A DNA stretch of 52,642 nucleotides, taken from Nemertoderma westbladi (Eukaryota; Animalia; Xenacoelomorpha). Below are positions 25,732-36,260 of this stretch, in pieces. Made by a program: the position numbers and the translations under genes. The DNA lies in assembly GCA_032718475.1 (NCBI GenBank), contig JAUCBJ010007026.1, positions 1-52,642 on the forward strand, read 5' to 3'. The notes beneath the pieces are model-generated. The model saw nothing but the letters and a program-made list of their open reading frames with translations. It was not told where the DNA came from and did not search any database. The number at the start of each line of letters is the position of its first letter. The first letter of the stretch is position 1.

Positions 25732-26722
25732 TAGAGTTGAAACAGAGATAACTGTTTTTCTTAATCCCGGTGAACCAGAGCGCTACCCGGAGAATTATTT
25801 TGAAAAATACCGGAGACCAGAGCCGGAGATCAGAGACTTTGCTTATTTTTGTACTTACAATTTGATTACTCCCCTATAGCACAAACAGGTACATACGGCC
25901 TTATAACTATTTTTCTATGGTTCAATTGCAGTAAAGTAAATCCAACCCATTTCAACCCTTGCCCATTGTAAGAAAATAAGCGCACGTACAGTTTGGGGGG
26001 CTTTATTAATATTAATTTGGTTATTTGTTTATTAATTCGTTCTTATTTTGTTATTGTTAGTAATATTACATAAATTTGTTTTGCCCCATAGGTACCGGTA
26101 CTTTGTTAATAAAAGGCACTTATTTTACAATTGTTAAAATCATAAACATTTCAATATACTATAAACTTAGTCATTTACGAATACTTAGTGCATAGGTATA
26201 GTGCTCTACTCCCCCATTTACAAGCCTCGTTACGCTCGTTCTCTCCATTTGGTCGACATATTATCTATCCTATAACAAGTTGAATGGAGATCAGCCCTTT
26301 CTTTCACTTTTAAACATTATGAGTGCCCAAATTAAGCACCCTTATCCTTAAATAAGAACCGTCTTTAGGTGCTAATTTAACTTAAAATTAAAGTAATTAA
26401 ATAGAAGATTATCGGTACATTTATTAGAAATATAAATAGTGTAAAAGTGAATATATAATTGTGTTGAAGCAGTGTATGAAAAATAATTAAAAATTAAAGA
26501 AATAATTAATTGTAAAAAATTTGTGAAAAATAATCTTCATTTCACATTTTGTATTGTACAGGATCTATTTTTAAATAACTATTTCTAATTTGTCAAATCA
26601 CTGATCTCTGGGTGAAATGTCTGTTTTCAATACCCGGGAACCAGAGTCATATCCGGAGACCGAAAAATTGCCCGGAGAATCCAGAATCCAGAGATCAGTG
26701 ACAAGTCTCTGTTTCAACTCTA
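25732..26722. mobile_element. hAT-like non-autonomous DNA transposon
   Basis: 17-bp TIR TAGAGTTGAAACAGAGA / TCTCTGTTTCAACTCTA; exact 8-bp TSD AAAACTAC (25724..25731 and 26723..26730). Confidence 0.9.
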
Positions 26723-26733
26723 AAAACTACATA

Positions 26734-26868
26734 CATACTTGTTGCAAGGTACTTTATAGAGTGTTCTGATCCTCGTGGCTTTATTTTCACTCACTCACTA
26801 CGTTCGTTCGTGTAACAAAGCCACTCGGATAATCACACTGTAAAGTGCTACTTTACACACAAGTATGT
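26734..26868. mobile_element. Imperfect palindromic MITE
   Basis: CATACTTG...GTGGCTTT...AAAGCCAC...CAAGTATG inverted symmetry over ~135 bp. Confidence 0.6.
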
Positions 26869-27110
26869 AAATAGTTATTACACATACACGTTTATATTTT
26901 TTTCATTTTCATTAATTTTCGATTAGTTGGAGTGTTTTTAGAAGGTTCTCATTGTAGTCGAACAACAGCGAACAACAGCTGCAGCAAATATAGTTGCTAC
27001 GCTACCATGTAAACAAATAATACTCTGTCTGTTACTATGATTTCTGATTGCATGTACCGCGTACCGGTACCTACGGAGCCCCTAAGGGGACATTAAAAAT
27101 AAAAAAAAAT

Positions 27111-27230
27111 TCTAACACGAACTTCGTGTTACTAACACGAACTTCGTCTTACTAACACGAACTTCGTCTTACTAACACGAACTTCGACTTACTAACACGA
27201 ACTTCGACTTACTAACACGAAGTTCGTGTT
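27111..27230. repeat. 20-bp quasi-palindromic tandem repeat, ~6 copies
   Basis: (ACTAACACGAACTTCGTCTT)n, preceded by TACGGAGCCCCTAAGGGGAC, a motif also found at ~44464. Confidence 0.85.
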
Positions 27231-27670
27231 ATCCCGCAAAAATATAATGTAAGCAAAGGCATTAAGTGAAGTTGGTTTGCGTACCGGTAACAGTACCCAC
27301 CGGGCAGCATGTATGAATATGAAGAACACAGTTCAGCAGTTTACTAAATAATATTGTAATAGGTAGAGTCTCTATAGTCTGTTACAATACAACTAGGCCT
27401 ATCTCAGTATCTGAACTTATGATCTGAATAATGTAATTCTGCAAAATACCGGTACTATAATATATGCCTTCCTACCGGTCAGCCGGTACGCGGTACCTGG
27501 TTTCGGTACTCCAGTCTCATAATACTGTAATAAGGAAGGTGTGATTGTTGGTAGGAAATAAGTCTAGGAAGTCTTTATACATTTATACACTACCTTAAGT
27601 AATAGGGTACTTTAATTTTAATACACTTACACTTTGTATTGCTGTATTGGACCTTATATAGTTTACTAAA

Positions 27671-28984
27671 ATGAATCGCTCCACGAGGATGCAGATTCCG
27701 GATTCCTCCGGCAAACTAAAAGCCGAATTCGATGTTTTAGTTGATAAATTAAACTCAGGTAATCGCGAGGTCAAACAGCTGATGGGTAAAATCCGTCAAT
27801 GGAACAACCGCCATCAACAAATTGACGACTCAAATGTACTAAACGAAGAACTGAATTCTATGCGTGTTAGTAACATATCGCGATATCAAACGCAGAGGGG
27901 GAATAATTCGCGATATCATAAACACAAGGACGATCATGATATGAACCGAGAGAACTATTCCGAACTTACCTCAGTAATTCCGGGCCCAAACGAGAAGGGT
28001 CGACGGTATAACAGGTCGTTTAATCCCGACTGTAGGGATGTACCAGTAATGGATTCCCGGGATCGGAGGGATTCTGATATGGTTAGGAAATCATATCGAC
28101 AGCAGTTGGTGAAGAGCGGTAACTGTAAGGTTTATAGTAAGGAGACCATACCTGTGTCTTACTTCCTACCCGGGTTGAAATCGGTGTCAGGAGGGATGGG
28201 GTTGAGTGGGGGCATAGAGGGGGACAGGGGGGATGTAGAGGAGTCAAGGGGGGAATTTGGTACGATGGATGGGAGGGACCTTGGCGAGGAAGGAAGCGGT
28301 GATTCCGTCCCCCCTACAGAGAGGCGGAGACTGGATATAACGGGTGGTCACGGAGACGGTAAAGGGGGCGAGGTCAGATACCGAGTGACTGCGGAAGTCC
28401 AGTACGACAGAGGTCAACCGTCCCTACCCCAGCAATCAACCAATCAGCAATCTCCGCCGTCGACCAATAAGAAACCACCATCATCAGCCAATCCGCGATT
28501 GGCTTCTAGTATGCTCGGCTATGATTGGATTTCGAGTATGCTGGACACGGGGGAGGGCGTGGAGGGCGGCGCCGATGATTGGTTCGCCGAGTTAGCGGCG
28601 TTCCGTAGACGCTCGCCGTTGGAGTGCCAGGGGGAGGTGGACAGTTACTGGGAGGAGCCGCTAACCGGCGGGGACTTACTCCCGGGTGTCTCGGAGGACG
28701 AGCGTAGAGAGAAGGTCGCGGAAGAAGCGAGGTGCGTGCACAGTTACTATCTGGACAACAGGTTGTACACGAGACCGATGCTAAACGGGTTACAGACTGA
28801 GGACGGGCGCTGCACGGTGTGCGGGTTGGATCTGTGGGAGAGTGGCGGGTTGGTGGGTGGGGAGGCTGGACCCAGTGTCAGGATTAGTATACCCATGATG
28901 CACATCAACGGGGATGGGAACCAATTGAGTGACGTTAAACGCCCCCCCAATGGGGTTGAAACTATGGGGTTGTTCGATAACTGA
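27671..28984 (+). CDS. MIIP: MIIP-like protein (migration and invasion inhibitory protein family), single 437-aa ORF nested in PHRF1 intron 9
   Basis: Ordered motifs LGYDWISSMLD, WFAELAAFRR..EC, CVHSYYLDNRLY, CTVC, VRISIP, ETMGL match remembered MIIP motifs (LGYDWIAG.LD, F..L.EFR.N.EEC, CVYCYRVNRRLF, C..C, VRVSIP, DTLAL). Confidence 0.82.
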   Translation: MNRSTRMQIPDSSGKLKAEFDVLVDKLNSGNREVKQLMGKIRQWNNRHQQIDDSNVLNEELNSMRVSNISRYQTQRGNNSRYHKHKDDHDMNRENYSELTSVIPGPNEKGRRYNRSFNPDCRDVPVMDSRDRRDSDMVRKSYRQQLVKSGNCKVYSKETIPVSYFLPGLKSVSGGMGLSGGIEGDRGDVEESRGEFGTMDGRDLGEEGSGDSVPPTERRRLDITGGHGDGKGGEVRYRVTAEVQYDRGQPSLPQQSTNQQSPPSTNKKPPSSANPRLASSMLGYDWISSMLDTGEGVEGGADDWFAELAAFRRRSPLECQGEVDSYWEEPLTGGDLLPGVSEDERREKVAEEARCVHSYYLDNRLYTRPMLNGLQTEDGRCTVCGLDLWESGGLVGGEAGPSVRISIPMMHINGDGNQLSDVKRPPNGVETMGLFDN

Positions 28985-31054
28985 TTGGTTGAATTATACA
29001 TTGTTGTAACTGCCGGTATGCAGGGGAATCAGTTTTATGGTCGAATCTGCAGTTGTTAAATTATTAGGTGCAGAGACTACTGCCTAAATGTATCGTTATT
29101 TGGAGTGGTATTAATTAATTATATCCTTGTTTGTTCTTGGTTAATTCATTGGGCCCACCATTTCAAAGTACCAGAGTTGGTGAGTGCAATATGAGTTCAG
29201 ATGGTTAGAGATAGTTATTGTAAGTAATGTGAGGCCATAACGTATATCGTCTATGATATCGTGCTCTTTTCATTCTATTTGTATAATAATTAGTATTGAA
29301 GTGTGTTCCTGTTACCTTAGTGGTGAACAAGAAGTGTTTAAAGAGAAATCAGACTTCGTAATTTTTGGGATTTGGACCGGGATAAATTTTAAAGAATGTG
29401 ATCTATGTGGCCAGCGTTATATCTCTAAATCATTAGTTGGTTAATAATATGATAACAAAATTTATTTTATTGTTTATTAAAGGATTTTATACTGGCAAAA
29501 CAATTCAATCAAGTTAATCAGTCGGGATCAGAACACTGGCTGTGTGTAGTTTGTGTACAATTAGTTCTTTAATGGGATTCCGGATTCCCGAGATCGGGTC
29601 GCTACCGGATTCACCACTTTCGGGGTGCCGATTTTAGGGATATTGATGTCAATTTGGCTTATAATTTTGTTAAGGTTTTCTGTTAATATACTAAAAATTA
29701 ATATCAAGATGGTTTAACTGAACTGGGAATTGTAACACGATATACATAATGTTGTGTAAGCGTTTCGACAAATTTACAAATCATTGTATATACATTTACA
29801 AATCTCAACCAGTTTGTAAAATTGGGGAAACATACTTGATTGGATGTTTGATTGTAGAAAAGAGACTAGCCAATCAGATTGTTACTTCCCCTTTTGTAAT
29901 GTCGTTCGGCCAAGAATGTATCAATCGGGATAACCAAAGAAAACTATTATTAAATTACAAATATTACAAATACAAAACCTATTGTTCAAGGTCACCATAG
30001 AAAAGGGTTTGCCAACTTCATAATCACTGTATTTCACTCTGTTGAAATAATGGTAAGATTTATGAACAGTTTTTTACTGGATGGTTTAATGACATTACAT
30101 TATTCAATAAATTCACTTCCCTGTTCTACTCTTTTTCCGGATCACGTATCAGCCGGTATCGGGAACCGGGATTACATTTTTTGCCGGATGCCGTTTAATG
30201 CACTGGTCCGTAGTACATAATTAACTATTCATACTGCGCACTATCCGAAGGGCCATTATTATTGTGTAAAGTCATACAATTCGCTCTTAATATTTACGTA
30301 CAAGCCTTGCAAGCTTCGCACCAGTAGTAACACTACAATTTTTCTTCAATCTTATAATGGCGGTTAGTAACAATGAAATGGTGACGTTGTAAAAACTTAA
30401 ATCGAAAATTAATAACTTAAATTGAAAATGAAAACAATAATTCGGATAGATAGACCCACTAAATGCACTATGCTTTCTATGTTTTCTACATATGAATATA
30501 TTAATAATTTATATGATGAATTTTTGTAATCTTTCTCTGCTTTTTCGTTGCTTTCATGTATGTTTGAAACAGGAGCTCACCGCCAACTTATTAAAATAAA
30601 TTACTTTTTGCATTAAAATATCAGTTAAACCTAAATTTATTTTTCTCAAACATTTTTAATATTTTATTTAATATTTTTTAATATTTAATAAATATCGTAG
30701 ATTAAATGAAATGATGAGGCTGGTTTTATCCCTAAACGGAGTGGAGTGGCACTGATTGGCCACGGGGCTTTAAAATGAATAATGATTTCAATTCATTCAA
30801 TTAATAGGGGGCGTTCATAAAGTATGTCACGCACTAGTACTTTTGGTACTACTGGTACTTTTGTGACGGTCACGGCGATGCTCTATGGTATGCTTTAATG
30901 TTAGCTTGACTTTGACTAACACATTTGTAGATGAGTGGGAAACTTTAAGGAAAAAAACAATAAACTCAATAACATTGCATTTAATCCCTAACATTAACAG
31001 GACACCCCTGTCTAATCTGCCTTGTACATAGTATTGTAGTTTGAAGATGCTAAA

Positions 31055-32346
31055 GTATGTGGGGCGAGCCACGAAGTTGGCGGAGCCTTAGCGAATTGAC
31101 ACTGTTAGGGGGTGGGTCAATTTATGCAAATAGTTGTCGTCGTCGTCGTTGTCGTCGTCGTCGTCGTCGTTACGATTTTGACATGCTAATAACTTTGTCG
31201 GATTTAAAGCTGCCAAGTTGAAAATTTGTAGGTATCAATATGAGCAAAAGTTGAGATTTTTGAGAGACTTTCAGACACCATCAGTGCAATGGTCTCCCGC
31301 TAGAGGGCCACATGTCTAAACATTAAATGCCCTCCCATTTCTTTGCTTTTAATCCGTTTAAGCTGAAACTTGGCAGATATGTATTAGACCATTAGCTGTG
31401 ACTTTCAAAGGAGGCGAATCCATCTGCAGTTCTCCAGTCTGCCGCTAGAGGGCCAAAGGTCTGAAAGTGAAATCGTTGTCGTCGTTACGATTTTGACATG
31501 CTAATAACTTTGTCGGATTTAAAGCTGCCAAGTTGAAAATTTGTAGGTATCAATATGAGCTAAAGTTGAGATTTTTGAGAGACTTTCAGACACCATCAGT
31601 GCAATGGTCTCCCGCTAGAGGGCCACATGTCTAAACATTAAATGCCCTCCCATTTCTTTGCTTTTAATCCGTTTAAGCTGAAACTTGGCAGATATGTATT
31701 AGACCATTAGCTGTGACTTTCAAAGGAGGCGAATCCATCTGCAGTTCTCCAGTCTGCCGCTAGGGGGCCAAATGTCTGAAAGTGAAATCGTTGTTGTCGT
31801 TATGATATTGACATGCTTATAACTTTGTCGAATTTAAAGCTGCCAAGTTGAAAATTTGTTTTGTTGAAAATCAGTTCAACAGTCACCCGCTATAGGACTA
31901 CTTTATGCCTGAAAGTGAATAGATTCTCCCGTCTCATTGATTTTAATCAGTTTAAGCTGAATCTTGCCATATATTCTGGACCACATGCTGCGTCTTTGTG
32001 GGGGGGGGGGGGGGGGGGGGGAGATTTAATCGGTCTGCCGCTATACGACGAAATTTCTGAAAGTGAGATCCGTCTCTCATTTCGTTATCCGTTATTCAAG
32101 ATGAAACTTGGCCGATGTACGTATGTACTATTCATCCATAGGCTGTGTCTTTGTGGGGCTGGAGACCCTAATCCATCTTCAGTTCTCACTATACCGCTAG
32201 AGTCAGAAATGTCTGAATAGAAATGAAAGAGGTAAAAAGTGATTAGGCGAAATCTGCTTAAAATTTGCTAATACAGTAATACTTTCGAATTAGTACTTAA
32301 ATTAAATTTAAGTCACGTGCTGCGCGAAGGCCCCACTTCGTGTATA
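31055..32346 (+). mobile_element. Helentron/DINE-like non-autonomous element with (GTC)n and 315-bp tandem core repeats
   Basis: Head GTGGGGCGAGCCACGAAGT; (GTC)n at 31136..31170; core repeats starting 31171, 31486 and 31801; tail GGCCCCACTTCGTGT; partial reverse copies at 8561 and 44205. Confidence 0.65.
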
Positions 32347-33221
32347 ATTATATACAGTCATTGGTCCATATAAGAGACAGGTTTTGAACTTCGTTGGGTT
32401 CTGTGTAAAAATGTAAACACTGGACTTCCTCAGAAATTATGTAATAAGGGGTTTCCCGGGGCGTAGAATCCATTTTTCCGGGTCTCGAAAGTTGATTTCG
32501 CCTAGCAGTTGCTGATTTTTGAAGAAATGTTGCATGTCTCAAATTTGGCATCGATTCCCTAATGTGAGACAAGAAATTCAATTGTAATTTTTTTTAATAA
32601 CTAACATGAAATAACCTCATAAATATTAAGGGGTCAAAGTGGAATGCAAAAATCTCATATCGATTTTAAAACCTTAAAATTTATGAAAAAAAGCTTCGAT
32701 TTTTGACGGGCCGCTAGAATATTATAAATATATCCAATCCGGTTGAATTATACCTAACGATGTACAGGAATGGTTACAGATCATTATTCGAATTAGTTTT
32801 AAGTAGGTTTCTGTAATTATTTGGCTATAGGAGCCCCTTGAAGTTGATATTGAATTTGTCTCACGTTTGGGTCCATGTCTCAAATTAGGCAGAATGACTG
32901 TATAGGCTTTTAGTAAGAACTACTTCAGTCGAAATGTTTCTCTTTCTATTGTGCTTTCTACCTGTTATTAAATTATAGAAATAAAATATTTTTCGTTCGA
33001 AAAATTTATTTACTTCGAGCGGTTTTTTAATGTATGGAGTGCGACATAAGATAATTTGCGAATGGATATGGAAATCCTGTTATCTAGATATCCACCGAAC
33101 ACCTCGAATATTAAGTACCAGAACTGTCCATATCCAAAATAGCCTAAACTATCAATGTATGTATATAAAGGCTAATTTAAGTCTTCATCGATTCGTTATC
33201 GTTTATACTTTTATTTTTTAG

Positions 33222-33778
33222 ATCTCAGGGTTCTAGAGATCCTCGAATTCGGACTCAGACAACTCATAACCCACCGGAAGTGACGCATACACAACCTGCT
33301 AACCAATCAGATCAGATTCAAACTAACAATGACCACCCGGAAGTGAGAGGTCAAGGGAATCAAACTCATTATGACTCATTCTATTATAGTAATGATAAAA
33401 TATTATACGAAACTGACCATCCGCGGTACCACACGACATGCGAACAAACTGTAAACCTACAAAGAGATGAGTTAGTCCCTCCTGAGCGATTGACTGTCTG
33501 TCTGGACGAGAGGTCTCACACTCAACGCCCCGCTCTCCTACCGACCCCACCCCCAACACTTCTACCACATCCACCATCCCTCCCTCATGTTGTCACAAGT
33601 AAATCCAAAGCCACAACCTCTCTGAACCAACATCTGCTAGCCTTAACCTCGTCAACGCTGGCGCTACCAGAGTCGCAATCGCCCAATCACAGACTCCCTG
33701 ACGTCATACCTCCTCCTTACGGCCATCGGGTTGGCGAATCTGAGGCCCATGATGACGAGGAAGGTGTTTTAATTAGAG
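33222..33778 (+). CDS. PHRF1: PHRF1-like exon 10 (Pro-rich)
   Basis: Acceptor ttttttag, phase 2; RSQGSRDPRIRTQ...PALLPTPPPTLLPHPP; donor GAG|GTAAGT, phase 1. Confidence 0.82.
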
Positions 33779-33966
33779 GTAAGTGTTTATCGGATAAGTT
33801 CACCAGCTGCTTCATCATCCTTTTGGAAGCAATTACTTTGAGCTTGAATGCAAGCTAAACCTCGCGTATGGTGAATTCGTTGTGTTTACGACGACGATAT
33901 CTTGAAAGAAAACTGCTCATAGCATTCACTATCCAATATTTAGTCCCAATTAATTTTCGTTTTTAG

Positions 33967-34106
33967 GACGAAGAAGAATCAATAAGCTCCCTGAGCCTAT
34001 TGTCAATCCACTCGCTGACACCAGCCTCATTGATACCGAATACAACCCGTATAGTCGCAATGAGATTGCTTGCGACTCCAAGACCTCCATACCAAGCAAC
34101 GACAAG
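33967..34106 (+). CDS. PHRF1: PHRF1-like exon 11
   Basis: Acceptor tttttag, phase 1; GRRRINKLPEPIVNPLAD...SIPSNDK; donor AAG|GTATAT, phase 0. Confidence 0.75.
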
Positions 34107-34319
34107 GTATATATTACTTAACTGTTCAATCCTCAGCTGATCATGTGTTGTTCGACATTAGAACGAAATTTACAATTTTGGTAAAGTTGCCATCCATAAT
34201 AATTTATTGCTTATCTTTTGTTGTACTTTGTCCAGCAGGTGGTAAGTTTTATGTTTAACTTAATTTTATTATCCAGAAATTAACATTTATTATAAAAATC
34301 CATGAATATTTCCTTTCAG

Positions 34320-34448
34320 TTTGTTAAAAAATTGGAGATTCAAGAACGCGTTGCTATGGCGGTAAAGGACGCTCTGAAACCTTACTTTAAGAAACACGAG
34401 ATCAGCAAAGACGAGTACAAGGAAATCCTTAAAAAAACAGTGATTAAG
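34320..34448 (+). CDS. PHRF1: PHRF1-like exon 12 (SRI-like Pol II CTD-binding domain)
   Basis: FVKKLEIQERVAMAVKDALKPYFKKHEISKDEYKEILKKTVIK matches the PHRF1/SCAF11/SCAF1 C-terminal domain. Confidence 0.93.
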
Positions 34449-34775
34449 GTTCATTTATATTTATTCTTCTTACTTTAACAACAGATTGTGGGTTGTGGCA
34501 CTGTTAGGGGTTTCTCTACGTATAGTGTGATTAACTTTATTCTCCGTACGTGTTAATGTTGTATTTAATATTGTCGTGATGGCGCGTAGGACAGTACAAC
34601 TAACTAACAGTACCCGGTATTGTAAGTTTTGCTTTTTTTCTCACTGTGCGGTAACAAATATACACAAACTATGGGCTATACAGTCGCGACACCACAGGTT
34701 GCATTTCAGCTGTTGGCCCCGTAACGTAACACCTGCACTGATCGCGATCACCTATTTAAATCCACAACTCATCTG

Positions 34776-34926
34776 TGGCGCAAAATCACCACAAACACTA
34801 AAACTCTGTTTTAGTCGATTTAAAAAAGTAATTTAATTTAATTTCAAACATTAAGGGAAATAAGCAGATTACAGTGTACTAAAACAATAAACAAAACTTA
34901 ATTTCATATTCGTTCAATTTGCGCCA
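34776..34926. mobile_element. MITE with TGGCGCA termini
   Basis: TGGCGCAAA...TTTGCGCCA; related copy at 45659..45808. Confidence 0.6.
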
Positions 34927-35156
34927 TTATTAATGGACATTTCCAGGACCATTTTCTGCCGTAAAAGATGATCATGTGCCTGATAATCAGTGCAGTTCTA
35001 CCGTGGCACTGGCCAGCTTATCTCACTCGTTGTGCCTGCAGGGTTTTACTGGGTTTTGCACCAACTACAGGGACAGCCATATAGCGCAGTATAGGCTCAT
35101 CTGCTGCCCGGGATTAGTAAATATATAATTATTATTTTTAAATAATTTTTTTCTAG

Positions 35157-35252
35157 GTTACTTCTAATTCCAAAACTGGATCTATTAACCATGAGAAAAT
35201 AGTTAAACTCACACACGAGTATGTCAAGGTGTACAAGAAACGGGGCCATTGA
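35157..35252 (+). CDS. PHRF1: PHRF1-like exon 13 (terminal)
   Basis: Acceptor ttttctag; VTSNSKTGSINHEKIVKLTHEYVKVYKKRGH-TGA matches the family end (SKSGEINPxKVxxLVxxYVxKY). Confidence 0.92.
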   Translation, partial: VTSNSKTGSINHEKIVKLTHEYVKVYKKRGH

Positions 35253-35595
35253 GAAAGTAATGCGATGTGTTCTAAGTGTTGGTATGGAAACTGCATTGGT
35301 GCTAATTATAAGCCTAATAATACAGTGTTGTACACCTAATTCATCACCCTCCCTTACTGGCCATATTCCATCCATAACTCCCTCGTATTGTATACCTTCC
35401 GTTATCCCATTGTTGTTGACTGATCGATCACTGATAACATGTAATTTCGGGTTTCCAGTTTTTTATTGTTTTTGACGGTTTTTTCAAACCTACCGTTCGA
35501 CTAAGGATTTTTACTTCGAATTTTTGAAGTTACGTGAGGCAATTTTGTGAACGTCGTAAGATTATTTGAAATAGCAGTGAAAATTTAAACCTTTT

Positions 35596-36056
35596 ATGTG
35601 GCGTTCCAAGTAGAAACGTATAATACTAACTACGATTCTGGAAGATAATTTTTCGGGCTATTCAGTGGTATATAATACTTTATCTTCTATCATTTCCCAT
35701 TTTGGAGTAATTTTACGAAAAGTAAAGGGTAATTAATTAGTAATATTATTTTTTTTAGTATTTTATATTATTAATAATTTCTTCAAAACTAGTTCAGAGC
35801 CCAAAACGACACCAGATATCCGGATTCATATATCTGTCTGTCGGTCTGTTTGTCTGCCAAACATTAAGAAAGCAAACAAACTAGCTAAAATTCTCGCTAC
35901 GGGTATTTTCTACTTTCCTGATCTCTTTCGCGATGTCAGGTTTCACATCTTACGAAGTAGATTTGTAAGAAGAAAAATAAACATCATAAAACTTTAAATT
36001 CGTTTTTCTCAGAACGCCTTTTTTTATACTTTACGTTTGTACTTGAAACGCCACAT
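35596..36056. mobile_element. Non-autonomous element with 25-bp imperfect inverted ends
   Basis: ATGTGGCGTTCCAAGTAGAAACGTA / TACGTTTGTACTTGAAACGCCACAT; internal CTGT repeats. Confidence 0.65.
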
Positions 36057-36260
36057 GTTATATACATAATTTCTCAATTTTTCTTGATTCTCAATATTTC
36101 TCCAGATGTTTTTGTTATTATTATAATATGATGATTGTTCTTAATTATCTCTAACTAAATACATGACGTCACAGCTTTTCAATTAAAATTAATATCAAGA
36201 TGGAGAATGTTGGCTAAGACAAATATTTTAGAATTACCGATTATTTGTTACAATAAAGGT

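Noticed and set aside
24032-27673. In-frame PHRF1-MIIP fusion via the acceptor at 27661
   Set aside because: Phase-2 joining reads AGT TTA CTA AAA TGA, an immediate stop out of frame with MIIP.
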